Below are positions 49,708 to 62,704 of a stretch of 64,000 bases of DNA, piece after piece. Location of the stretch: positions 20,958,001 to 21,022,000 of the forward strand of contig CM119372.1 of assembly GCA_051294905.1 (NCBI GenBank), read 5' to 3'. Below the pieces are notes generated by a model. That model was not told the DNA's origin. It ran no database searches and saw nothing but the letters and a program-made list of their open reading frames with translations. A program made the translations under genes and the position numbers. How positions within the stretch are numbered: the stretch's first letter is position 1; each line of letters opens with the position of its first letter. This DNA comes from Botryllus schlosseri (taxonomy: Eukaryota).

Positions 49708-50901
49708 AATGTAGCGACTTAGACAGGGATTCTCGAAATGTGTGTTGTGACGTCAGTCGGTGTCAGTAGATCGAAACTGAAGGCGCGACGTCATTGTTCA
49801 CGTGATTTCGTCGTTCCGATTAATTTGAGTTAGGAATATTCAATAGATGAGGCTGTAAAAAAATCTTTTGCAAAAAATGGACAGCGGACACGGATACACC
49901 GCGAACGAATCAATGAACCAGCGTCCAACTTCAACTTCTACTCGAGGGATACATGCGATACCGAGGACTTGATCGAACTTTGAATGAAGAGACCTTACCT
50001 TACCTTATATTTATCAAAGTCTAAAATATAGTTTCGAACTAATGCCCTTTAACAAAGACACTACGAAAAAGTTTCCAGCGTTGTCGGCAAGTAGGATTGA
50101 ACGCCACTGAAAATGCCTATTCCGCCACACAACATCAACCGCCGTATTCGGTGACGCGGTCAGCAGTTAGATGGTGACAGAGCAGAATAGAAATATTATT
50201 ATAGTCTTTATTCACAGTAAAACTGGTAAATACACACATAATTCGGGGAGCAACTTGCCCCCAAAGGAAAGTGGCGAGATCAGAATAGATTTTTAAAATT
50301 TCAGTAATACAGTCAAATTGTTACTCCTATGCAATGCATGGAGAAGTCAGATTACAGAATTGCAGTAGACGAAGTATTGGCACGGGTTACAGAGCAGAGG
50401 TAGAGATGACTGAAAATGAAGAATCGAAATTACAGAAATTATGCTGTGATTCACAATTACAATTATCATTATTAAAATAATTAATGTTGGTATTGAAAAT
50501 GACTCATACCGCTCTTACTTCTTTATTGGTCTGTTTTGTTTTTATTAGTCACACAATTTACGATTCTCACGATATGTGCTTGAAAAGACTAGCATCCTGA
50601 AATCGCAAGACTTGAATCGAATTATTGCTGTGGACAGAGAATCCGGTGGAGTTTCTGGTGTATATGACCACCAGCCCGTGGACTCTTTTGAATCGCGTGT
50701 ATTGTGTCTTCAATCAGCCATTGTGCGAACGATGGTATTTTAATTACATATGTTAGTTTTCGTGGCTAAGAAGAATTAATTTCTTTAAATATAGATTACT
50801 TTAATCTCATCATTTTCCTTAAAGGGCTAGGTAATGTCAGGATTGTGTGTGCATTTACCAGTTTCGCTGTGAATAAAAAAAATAACGAAATGATGTATCA
50901 C

Positions 50902-51138
50902 CTGGGACGATTTCGGTGGTATTCTGTGCTTCCGCTTCTGTGGACTTTGTGTCTGCTTCTAGGAGAGAGGTTGCTTGTGAGAACGTGGCCGTCGGTGAAG
51001 CCGTCGGAACTTCAGACACGGTTATTGTTGTTGTTGTTGTTGTTTTTGTTGTTGTAGCTGCGGGTGGAGAAGTCGTGAGCGGTTCGTTCGATGTTATCGT
51101 AGCCGTAGTAGAAATATATTTCGACGACGGGACAGAGG
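50902..51138 (-). CDS. Exon: Thr/Ser/Pro-rich mucin-like stalk (SVPSSKYISTTATITSNEPLTTSPPAATTTKTTTTTITVSEVPTASPT...TTEIVP)
   Basis: Acceptor TTTTTTCTATTTTAG, donor CAG|GTGATA. 237 bp, phase 1-1, open frame. Confidence 0.8.
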
Positions 51139-52155
51139 CTAAAATAGAAAAAAATTATAAAGGACAGCGCATTTTTTAAAATCCTTTATCGTAATCGATT
51201 AAATTGAATTAATCAACCGGTCATCAAAACCTATCATTCAACAAAATCCCATATCGACAAATATATACAACTTTGCATAAAGGTACTGCACATACAGTCG
51301 TTTTCGCAATCACGACAAACACTAACATTTCAGGGGCTCACATGATCTTCGCGCATGCACCGATTTGAATTCGTTTTCCGAGACCAAGTGTACATTTTGG
51401 TTCTTCATGGCATTAGTCAATAGACTTACCATATTTTCTACACCCCAAAATAGGACTTTGTATACCGGTTAGTAAAATGAAGTAGAATAGCTACGTTTGC
51501 GTTCGACGATGCTTTAAATTTTTGCTTGAAATAGTTGCGGGAAAAAAATACAAAATCAAAGCTGATCAAAAGTTATAAAATCAAACACAAAACAGCGAAT
51601 CAAGTTTATGAAAATTTGCGACAGATCTCGCATATAAGTGCTCAAATGTCACAGAAGACGTCGAATAGTGTTTGCAATAGCAATCCAGAGCGAGGGATAG
51701 AAGGGCAATCTGTTGGAAACTCTTTTATAAATCACAGGCTCGGCATGTTTCAAGGCTGCAGTACAGTATTTATTTTGTATATAAATACAGCGTCCCGCCT
51801 AAATATTTTGTTAAAATTATGAGCAATTAACGAAATGCGAAAAATAGGACATTTGGGCGTCCTCTGGTGACCATTGACTTTTCTTGGGAGATAAGGACAA
51901 ATCCTTCAAACAGAGGACATAAAGTAAGCCTACATTCGTCGCACCACAAAAACTTGAGTTATTTCCAAATTGAAGGTAATATCCGATACGACATCACCAG
52001 AATTTACGTAGTAGGCTATATTATATTCTTATTGAAAATATTTTGGAAAAACGTTCATACCTTTCATCAGGTCATTCGGACCATTCAGACAAGCGTGTCT
52101 TGATTAACGAATCTATTTACGCATATACAAAAGGCGAAGTGTGTTAAAGTCTAAC

Positions 52156-52237
52156 CTGACCATGTAGATATCCATAGTGACAAGAGCGTTGTCTGAACCA
52201 GCAGTGATGACGGGAACTTTCGAGGTAACATCTTCAT
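52156..52237 (-). CDS. Exon 1 of mucin-LU-EGF gene: start codon and signal peptide MKMLPRKFPSSLLVQTTLLSLWISTWS(A)
   Basis: ATG at 52237-52235. Basic N-terminus plus hydrophobic core. Donor CAG|GTTAGA, phase 1, in frame with the next exon. Confidence 0.6.
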
Positions 52238-54175
52238 TCCCTGCTTCGACTGAAATGCCCGATTCCTGCATGTTTCGCGATATAAATCCCTGAATAGGAG
52301 AAATTCACCTCGAAATATTTTAAGCGATGATAGCGTGTCGAGGAAAAATTCTTTGTCCGAATAGTACGTAATTTACGACGGTGGAAATTCCAATTGGGCA
52401 AAAGATGGACAAACATGTGACTACGGTATTGGTAGTTATGTTTTACGGTAGCAGAAATATAAGGGGGTGTGGAAGTATGGTTGCTAATTCCATCGCCATC
52501 GGCTCGAGAGACCCCGGTTCGCGTCTCGGCAGTAGCACGATTCCGATTGCCGGAGGTTTATCTAGGTCTCTTCACTACGTCAAGCGTTGCATTTAAAGCT
52601 AATGGTGTTTCTAAACACTTTGTTTTAACATGTTTCGAACAGTGTTTTGAAAATGCATTTAGAAACAACAACAAAATAATGTTTTAAGCTGTATAATTAT
52701 GTTATAATTGTGTATATACCTTCGAAGAAACATGGAGTATGAGCACACGAACGATTTGCAGCCGATATAGCCGACATGTAAGATGTGGGGTGGTTGGAGC
52801 CCTCGAAATCGTCGCCGGTTCAACAGTTACAGCACTTAGATATATATCATTGGTACGGGGTGGGTGTTCTGATGGTGATGACCGCAGACCGGAAAAATGA
52901 TGCATAACGATGTAGTCTTATTGGTTAAAAACATTTTCGGTCCGTTTATGACAGATGTCGGAAGTCTTTTCCATCAAGGAGCCATGTTCACCTTATATTT
53001 TCAATTGTGCATGCCGATCCACCGTGACGTCACAAGTAACGGTTCGTGATGTCATGTCTAAAAAAACAATAAAGATACGTTATAAACGGGGGACTGATCG
53101 TCGTGAGCGGATAAAAATAATTGAACCTCCAATTGTTGTTACGATTATGATTATCCAGGACTAAACGCCAAACCTGCAAATATCCCAAAAAATACCCCCA
53201 CGTGTATGCCGAAATTTCCGATGTTGATACGCACCATCACCGGAATCCCTGTCGGCATGAAAACTGAATGAGAAGTAGGAAACCATAGACAGATAATTTG
53301 TAAACAAAAAACAAATCACGACTAAAGATACAGACAGCTCCCGTTAAAACTGCAGGATAACAATGTGTTGCTTGTAACGTAAAACATTTTCTTATTTTAG
53401 AGTTAATCCCTGTCTCGTGCTATGTTGATACAGTTTTCAAACAACTGACCACGCCAAGAGTAGCTGCACGAGTTTCGATGGGAGGTTATATGTATAGGGT
53501 TATCATATTTTTAGATTCCAAAAGGAAGACAATTTTTATAAATAAGCAAAATTCAATAAAAGTGGTTCATGACCTGCCCTGCCTACTGTGTCTCGATGAT
53601 AACATTTCTTTAGTCATCCTTGTCGTTCGTATTCAAATTCCTCGTGTTTTATGAGATATTTAGCTGTCTCTAAACGATCGTCTGGTTTTCAGACCTATAA
53701 AAGAGGACAAACTGCAAAAAAGGAGAATATTCGGGCGTCCTCAGATGATTATTTTTTTAATTCTTGAAACAGGAGGACAAATCTTCATAAAGGAGGGAAA
53801 TGGTAAACCTAGTTGTATGGCTCCAGGGTTGCATTTAAAACAAATGGTTGTCTGAAACACTTCTTTAAAAACATGTTTTAAACAGTGTTTTAAACAAAGG
53901 CCATTAAAAAATATTTTTTTTCAAGCTGTATAATTATGCCATAATTGCGTAAATACTTTCCGGTCAACATTTTATATGAGCCTATATGGACGATTACCAC
54001 CCGACATAGCCGACGTATGCGATATGGGATTGTTAGCAACCTTGAAACAGTCGGTTCAACAGCTATAGTACGTAGATATAGAGATCATTGGTTCGGAATG
54101 AATGTTCTGAAGATGACCGCCGACCGTTTAATGCTGCATGACGATGTATAGTCCTGGTTAAAGATATTTCTGGTA

Positions 54176-56440
54176 GGGGAGACCGGGGACAAATGTAACT
54201 AGGGGCAAATGTAACAATCGACCTCACCGCTAGTAGGATGGAGAAATCAGCTTGATATTTTAAGTACGCATGCAGTAGTTATCTCTCCTATTATACCTGG
54301 AGTTACGTTGAGCTACGATGCGAAACCCCGGAATAATTTGCAAAAAACGAAATTTTTGACCCTTGAGTAAAGTTTTTCTGGTCTGGAATAATTTGTCTGG
54401 ACGAATAGTACCTCAAGTAGTTACAACGTAATATGTGTAGCTGGAACAATGTTACTATAGTCTACCGTGGTGATGGAAAGAATAGGACTTGCATCGCCGG
54501 GAAGGTACCATACTGAGACACTAATCATGGTCGAGCGCGTCAGGGGCAATCGTAACACTCTGTTACTTTTGCCCCGTTACAACATGTTATCAATTCTGAA
54601 TGTCTTTGTTCATATGTTGGTATTACCATTCATCTACTGCAGAATAATCTTGCAACAGCCAGGAGTTCACCAGAACAGATATTGACTTGCGATACCAATT
54701 CTAATATGATCATCTGTCGAAACGGCCATACAATGGTGGTGATGTGAATCTGACGGTTCGGTTACTTTCGTGATTCAACCACCCTTTCTCATGTTGATCG
54801 ACTTTTGGTGTGTCGGACTTCAATAGTCATGTTTTAATTATCGTCCTCTGACTTTGATCATGGTCCACTTACATTTTGATATTTGATGTGAACAATTTAT
54901 GTTAATTATCTACAGCACAGATAAATGTCATTATAGCTTTGACGCCACACAACGTTGCGTCCTCGTTTTACTATACTATCATCAGCCCATTCAACCAAGA
55001 TATGTTAGCCAGGTCGGTTTCGCACCTTCGCAGGTGACCGAATGACCAACCCATTATGCCCACTGAACAACAGAACCTTGGTAGAACAGGCCGAATATGT
55101 GTAGGGAGATGATGGAATGAATGTGTCTCTTGTACACTTTGAGCTTGAACAAGACACGAAGGGTGATATTGCATTCAGATGCCATAAATGCGATGGGGCG
55201 TAGCCTGGAAGCGTTCAAACGTCTCTTCCCTTAGTTTCATGCAATATTACAATTTGTGCTTCCGTTTTCGTTGTTCATTCAGTTTGTGTTTAGTTATAAA
55301 TAGGGCAATTTTTTTTGACATGTCAAAAAAAGTCAAAAGTAGGTCAAAATTGTAGCGCTAGGTCAAAATTTGTCAAAATTGTTTACAAAGTCAAACATTT
55401 TTTGACCTCTGCATTTCGTTTGTATCGTAGATTTTGCGCTGTCGGTGAACTTATCATTTGATATTTTACAGCTTGTAGCCTACTTTATAGGCCTACCGTT
55501 GTAAACGGACCATCGTCTGCTCATTGTGAATCATAAATGGTCAAATGAAACAAATATTGACATGGTTTTATGGTCAACGTACCGCAATATCCTAGCTGAA
55601 GCAAGACTGCTTGGACATTGCATGGTTCCTATATCAAGAAGCGCAAGCTGAAATATTGTGATATAGACAACATTGTCAGAATGAAGCAACACGGTGTGTC
55701 ACCAGCAGTGTGCACACAGCTTTAGTGTTGTCAGCCAACAAATGCTGCTGTTGAACGTTCTTTCTCCGTTCTTGGCAAGCTACGTAGTAAGGACAGACAC
55801 TTTCTACCCGAGAATGTAGGAAAAAATTTTTCGTTGTTGTACTACAACAAATTTTAATTATTTCCACCAGAATACGTAATGTAACTACTGGAATTCTTCA
55901 TAGGGCCAGATTTCGTTAAAATACTAGTTTTTCATGTAAAAATCTGTCAGTTTTTGAGCCAAAAACGTTTTTTCAGGCCAATCTACTTTGTAAGGACAGA
56001 CAGTTCCAACCAGAAATGAAGATAAGTAGTACAATTTTAACAGTATATGCGAAAACACCTAATTTGCATACGTGAGGTCAAAATTTGGTCAAATTTCAGT
56101 TTTTTTTAGGTCAAAAAAGGTCAAAATTTAGATATTTTAGGTCAAAATCTTCCGTTTTTTAGGTAAAAAAAAATTGCCCTAGTTATAAATAACACTGTTG
56201 CATTTGCCCCACAAGGGTGGTACAATTGCCCCTGGGTACGGGGCGATTGTAACATTTGAGCAGCGATTTTTGCGACCCAAAATTTCCATGATTGATTGTT
56301 GATAGAGTTCCAATTTAGTTTTCATATCAACTATCGAGTTGTTGGCTTCTTTATATAAAACTTTGGAAGTGAAATTTCCACGAGAAGAACACGTAATGTT
56401 GGAAAATACGAAAAGTGTTACAATTGTCCCCGGTCTCCCC
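54176..56440 (-). mobile_element. pogo-like (Tc1/mariner superfamily) non-autonomous element
   Basis: TIR GGGGAGACCGGGGACAA with TA flanks. A weak SWLNGLM remnant resembles the CENP-B-type HTH (WLxGF). Confidence 0.8.
55301..56181 (+). mobile_element. hAT derivative nested in the pogo-like element
   Basis: TIR TAGGGCAATTTTTTTT. Exact TSD GTTATAAA. GGTCAAAA arrays. Remnant QPTNAAVERSFSVLGKL. Confidence 0.9.
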
Positions 56441-56940
56441 TACGTATATATGACAGGCGTTGGAACCCTATTCGTCAAAGGAGCTATATTTACCCTGGCC
56501 TATATTTCCAATTGTTATTGTCAATACATTATGACGTCACAATTGAATATTCGTGACATCATAAGATCAAAAAAATTAAAAATATGTTTTAAACAAGGGC
56601 CTTGTTTTAAACATGTATGTTTTGAATTGATTTTTGTTTTAAATGCAACCCCATATGGCTGTATCGGCAAGAATTATTGCAAAATCTTATATCCTTTTCC
56701 TCGTTCACGAATTCAAATCAAAGGATACTATTTACTGAGCGAAGCATAGGAGTACGTTTGCGCCAAAATGACGTAGCTATTAGGGAAATTAGACTAGTAT
56801 AGCAATGTACATTATGATAGAACAGAATTCACTGTAACAGCCTCTTCCTGCGCTAAGAGACCATATCTATTCATGTTGTAAATAATAAAAGCAAACTGCA
56901 AAGATCATCAAGATTTCAGACTAATTTAACTATAGATTAC

Positions 56941-56993
56941 GTAGTTGTTGTTGTTGTTGTTGCTGTTGTTGTTGTTGTTGTTGTTGTAGTTGT
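56941..56993. repeat. (GTT)n microsatellite, probably a retroelement tail
   Basis: On the minus strand AATAAA directly precedes (CAA)n, similar to the LINE tail at 12370. Confidence 0.8.
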
Positions 56994-58172
56994 TTATTCA
57001 ACAAAAACTTTATCGCTTATCGCCTGACGCCGTTTTGCGCCACTGTCATTGAAAATAGTACACAAAAAAAGGACGTAACACGAATTAACGAATTACGTAG
57101 TTGATTAAGTCATCTTGGAAACTACCATGCGGGAAATTAGAATCTTACTGCGAGCTACGGATGGACAGTTGGACAACCCCATCTTATATAAACAGACTTG
57201 AATTCGTGTCGTGTTATCATATTCGTGATATCGTACCTCACCGAAAGAAAATATATCAAATTGCAGAAACAGTGTTATTAGGCTACTGCACATATGCCGT
57301 GAACACAGGTTGTTGTAATTCACTTAATAGGTGTCCAAACAATCATTAGCATCGGATTATCAGAACGGTAAATCTTCGCCCTCAAGGCACTACCTTCACG
57401 TAAAATATGTCGAGGTGGTTTCCCTGTATTTATAGATTTCGGAACGTGAAAACTGTCAGCAACAAACTTTCCAGCTGAAGCAGCTTTAGAATTGAAAATG
57501 TTGTCTCGCAATACGGTCCTGCCGTCGATTCCGGCAGAACTCGTGTTCCTGTCATTCTGAATATCAGCATTGTCAGGTTTTACACATAACACAGGCCAAG
57601 AAAAAAATTCCTTTTCTAAAATCATGATATGCTAGATCAGGGGTGGGCAAACTTTACAGCTCGCGGGCTGCATTCGATATCCGAATCCATTGGCGGGCCG
57701 CAATATATTACATTGGGATTATTAACGCTAGACGCGATATCTCTATGTAATTATATCGGAACCGGGGAATTATGGGGATGATGTATATATATATTTAAAA
57801 CAGATCAATCAATAATTTAATGATAACGTACACCCGTCAGAAACATTGCAAGCATTTTTTATGCTGGTCATCTTCAATAACCAATTTGGTAAAAATTGGG
57901 ATGAAAGGCGGCTGTGCCGATTCTTAGAAGCGGACGTAAATGTAAATCTGTAAGTAATGATGATGGATATTTGTAGATGAACTTTATGCCAGGTTGGAAT
58001 CAACACAAGAAGTCGCAGCACAGCACTACCGTAACATTGACTCTGCTTTACAGCCATTTGTCCGCTCCCCTGAAATTATAGTCACAGCTCTACGTCCCTG
58101 CCAGATCTGATTTCGAATGATATGCAGCGATATTGGATTATGAAGGTGACAATAGTATAGAGCAGTGTGTCC

Positions 58173-59100
58173 CAAACTTTTTCGAGCTCCCGCCCACTGG
58201 CTGGACAACGAATATACTATCAGCCCCCCTATATACCCCTCACCACGCCATAACAAAATAAAAGTTCTCTGCATTTATTACAACTAATAATGAAACGGAT
58301 GAAGCTGGTGTATTGTGATCATTCTCATATATTGGCTTTTGGTTTTGATACGAACTAAATCTCCAAGTCATGTCTGCTCCGAGTCAGAAGCTTTGTCGCG
58401 GTACTAAAAGCACGTTCTATCAAATATGAAACGGCGGGGAAGGGCAATGACGAAAAATTAACTCCACCCCAGGGAAGGTAGTTATATTTTATTTTATTGT
58501 GTATCCAAAGCCATTGATAGATAGTAGATATTAAACCTTGATTTGAAATAAAAATTGTCCTACAATGTATCAGCTCCTCCTCACTCATTTCCTGATCGGA
58601 AACATCCAGTAGGGAATTTCTAATCGGAATATATCCTTAAATCGAATTACCAAATCCATGTACAATTTTTCGAGAGGATTGTTGTATACATCAAAATCTG
58701 ATATGCCAGCGGGACCTGCATCTGGCTCAGGCAAGTTGTTGGAAAAGTTCACGTCTTGATAACTTTTGCTAATATATCACGTGCTTATTACTGAATCCGG
58801 ACAGTGCCATTTTCACATCGATCAGATTTCAACATCACCAAGAGCGGATGAATTTGACTCATAAAATTTGGAGAATATGTCCGTTAAGAATAAGCGATAT
58901 CGTTTCTCGCAATGTGTTGAAGTTCCATGACCGTTTGAAAAATTGAGTAAAATCGCGCGAGCCAGTTTCCCAATGCCACGCTGTGCATCATACTGTAATA
59001 AGTGTTCAAATACTTCCCAGTTCTCACAGCACACACGGAACCGCGCTTATTAGTGATCATGCCGACTGCTGAATAAAGTCCATTGATGGGCAGGATCAAC
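58173..59100 (-). mobile_element. hAT (Buster/Charlie-like) transposase remnant
   Basis: TIR CAGTGTGTCCCAAAC. Broken frames CCENWEVFEHLL, GNWLARFYSIF and FPAVSYLIERAFSTATKLLT. Confidence 0.75.
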
Positions 59101-59384
59101 ATTAAATAATAAACGTTACCGGTACAGCTGATTTAATAGACCGACGCCGGGATCGACCATAAATTGGCTCTATGAATCGATTTCGCATTTGATACTACGT
59201 ATTTCGCTGGTTTATTCGTAAATCGTGTCAAACTATGCAGCGGTTTCTTTCTAAACCTACACCGCCCCATTTGCTCTCAGCGCCCCAATACCGCCCAATT
59301 TGTAGTCAGCGCCTCCAGTCGCCTATTTCATTGCGAGCGCCCCCGTCACGCTCGTCAACGGCCCGGGGGGAGTGGATCTCGTCA

Positions 59385-59600
59385 GTAGCGAATGACAGTA
59401 AGCCTGAATATGTGGAACATTTCCTGATAAAATGTCCGAGATATTCAGCTATAACAGACAATATATCATCGAAGCTGCCAGTAACCAATGAGGTAGCATT
59501 GCGTTTTCGGACCTTCTTACCAGCCCCATTCACTGCAACGCCTGTTATAGAATTTGCACTACCCTCGAATCGAATAATTTATAAAAGACTTGTTATAATC
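59385..59600 (+). mobile_element. Old LINE 3' remnant (C-terminal zinc finger)
   Basis: PEYVEHFLIKCPRY resembles PETVEHYVIHCTKY of the LINE at 12466-12795. Confidence 0.55.
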
Positions 59601-61593
59601 AAACTTTCGATCTGGTGCTCAAGCCCAGCAAACACAGTACAGACCAAAGATGTAGAAAAGCCGAGCCGATATAGTAGATATTAGATCTCGGCAGGTCGTA
59701 GAAAGGGGGATTTTGTGTCGACTCAATTCAACGTCTTTTCCATGTCCTTCAATAATGTAAATATTATGCAGATGCTACAGCCTTTAAACATGGTGAGTAG
59801 AATGTAGATCCTACGTTAGAAGAAGAAGATCCTGATATAATAACCTGTTTTCTACCACTATGGGCTTAACCTGATCACGGCTGCGTACACACACCACATT
59901 ATTTACAACATATTAATCACATTTGTGATAATTTAATTACAAATGAATTGGCAATAATGCCGTTGTAAAAAATAAAACGAACAAACGAACGAATGTCTTT
60001 AGAAAGAAAGTGAAAACAGTCCTTATCATCAGGTTTCATCTTCTGATGAGCCAGTTAAATAACCAGCATGCGGCCTTTTTTCTCAACACCCTGCAGAAAT
60101 AAAATGAAAATGATGATTAATAGCCAAGACATTCGTACTGCGAAAATGGCAGAGGTAGCGACTAACGAATGACTCCTACATTTTTTTCGCCCATACTTAC
60201 TAAAATGGATTCGATTCTGAACTATTTCCACTCAAGTTTTCAAGTTTTATTATTATATTTTTTAATATTATATGACTAGAGAACTGACTTCAATCGCCAC
60301 TTCTACTTGATTATCAAGATCAACGATGACTACTTCAGCACTCTTTGAAAACAGCCACTAACACAAAAAGAATTCTTGACTAAAATTTCTTCACATTCTG
60401 TCCAAAATGATCAATTCAACAATCCAAATGAATCAGTTATTTGGCAGCTAGTTGGAGAGATATATACTCAAGTCTAGAAAGTGGAATGATACTCTGCCTG
60501 GAAAGCTGAAGACCTAACAATATTGTGTACAGAGAAAACATTTGAGTGGCGGCACTGGTATAGACATTAATAAATTATTAGAATTGACAGCAAGATAACC
60601 AGCAAGACATTAAAATGAGAATTAGTGCAGTTTCTTAGGCTGTAGTGATACTCAGCCAGTAATTGACCTAGCAGAGAGCAAAACGTTGTAAATAAAGCGA
60701 GCGAAACCTCCGACAAATGATACGATAAAACATTAGAATCGACAGTCTTACTAGAAGCAGAATAACAATCATGAGGGGTTAGAGAACAGAAGCCCGGGAA
60801 GTGACCATCAGAAATTACTGCATACTGGCCGAACAAATCCATGACCACTAACAAATGGTCTTTCAATAGTCAATATTGATACCAAATGACACCACCCCTA
60901 TTTCATAGCAACATTAAGCAAATACAGCGCTGGAGTCAACCTTATATAAGCCCTAACCAAACGCCCATTAGTTTTCCCACCTACTACTTCGCGGATGGAA
61001 ATACGCATTAAAGCGAACGGACGCGACTTGTCACACTCTTGCTATTTCTGCTCCTTTTTTCTCTTCGTTCCTCTTCTCTGTCGCTTCCGCTTGAGGAGAG
61101 AAACAGTCGGGCACGTTTACGGATCGTGAATTCCCGGTGGGTGATTCTTCCTCGAATGGTCAGCACCTTGAAAATTGAGAACAATGTGGTTGCAAAATGC
61201 ATGACAATTTGAAAGTTACATCATTCTAATTATTCCAGTTATGGCCGTGAATCGTTACAAGTGCGGTAACCATAAGAATTATTACTATACTTCAACTACA
61301 AATACAATACATTGTATAAAATGATTACCAATTCTTTTACGTTGATCGAGTCCCAAATAGATGAAATATGTCAAAGAATTTGCTAAATTTTTGTATAATT
61401 TGACAGATTCCGAAATCTTCTCAAAGTGCACCTTTCAAAAATTTGATATCAAGACTCCCAACATTTTACAATTCGAAGTTGGATGGCTTCACCAATACAA
61501 GCAAACAGTTTGTATCGCAATTGACAATTATGTAGAGAACGCTGCGAGACATATGAGTAGGCCTACCCTAAAACGTTTCTCTCACATGGACAT

Positions 61594-62259
61594 TAGGGCT
61601 CTTAAAATATGACATTTTTTCTCAAATCGTTCTGGCTACTTGATAATATTGTTAGGTTACCTAATTTAAGCCTAAACACAAAATTTGGTTCAATTCCAGC
61701 CAGTAACCGCTTTGCTACAGGAGAAGAAAGTTTCTATTTATTATATAAAAATAAATAGGTAATAAAAATTTGAAAATTTTCTGTTCACCCCATGAAAGTG
61801 TTAGGCTGTCTATAGAAACGATGCTCACCAAATTTGGTTCAATTCCAACCTGTGGAAGCGGAGATATTGCCGTCGAAAAATTTGGATTTGAATAAAATAG
61901 TATTTACGGTGACCGATTCTTTGTTTACTTATTAAAGTTGTGCTCACCGTAAGTACTATTTTATTAAAATCCAAATTTTTCGACAGCAATAACTCCGCTT
62001 CCACTGGTTGGAATTGAACCAAATTTGGTGAGCATCGTTTCTATAGACAGCCTAACACTTTCATGGGGTTAACAGAAAATCTTCAAATTTTTTATTATTC
62101 ATTTTTATATAATAAATAGGAACTTTCTTCTCTTGTAGCAAAGCGGATACTGGCTGGATTTGAACCATATTTTGTTTGTAGGCTTAAATTAGGTAACCTA
62201 ACAATTTTATCAAGTAGCCAGTACGATTTGAGAAAAAAAGTCATTTTTGAAGAGCCCTA
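61594..62259. mobile_element. Foldback (palindromic) MITE
   Basis: Inverted arms of about 320 bp starting TAGGGCTCTT, with a spacer of about 30 bp at about 61913-61943. Confidence 0.9.
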
Positions 62260-62704
62260 CTGTTCATGACCGTCCACGTTTAGAGTTGCATCTCAAAGAT
62301 GCTAAAATAAGCCTAAATATAATCCAAGCAATACGATCGTCCACTTTGACTGACTGAATTTCTAAAAACACATTGATAGCTTCCACATCTTACGTTTATA
62401 TATACTGTCTGCTATCGGCACAACAAAGTAGGCCTATTTAAAAATACCAAAACAGATTCAACATACCACATCTCTTGCAAAGGCTTTTGCTTTCATTCAA
62501 TTTTCCATCAAACTTCTTTAAATCCTCCTTTGTGGTGAGTTGCTTTGGTCTTCTTCTAGGATCAATTCCGATATTGTTTTATCATATACAATCTATGGCG
62601 GGATAAAAGTTTCGGATAAGTTCTAAAACGAACACAATTTTCCACACAAAAGTCAATTGCCACACGAAATGCCAAATGCTGCGGTCTCATTTTACAAGGT
62701 ATGG

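Larger units (their letters stand above)
53824..56653. mobile_element. hAT-type MITE (AGGGTTGCATTT family) hosting two nested elements
   Basis: TIR CAGGGTTGCATTTAAAACAAA and TTTGTTTTAAATGCAACCCCA. TSD TATGGCTC/TATGGCTG (7/8). Confidence 0.82.

Noticed and set aside
56941..56993. Possible poly-Thr mucin exon upstream of the gene
   Set aside because: Preceded by AATAAA on the minus strand with no good acceptor. Better explained as a microsatellite or retroelement tail.
60800..60862. snoRNA or miRNA-like hairpin (GACCAT...ATGGTC with CTGA)
   Set aside because: No convincing box C or H/ACA boxes, and the stem is too irregular to call by eye.
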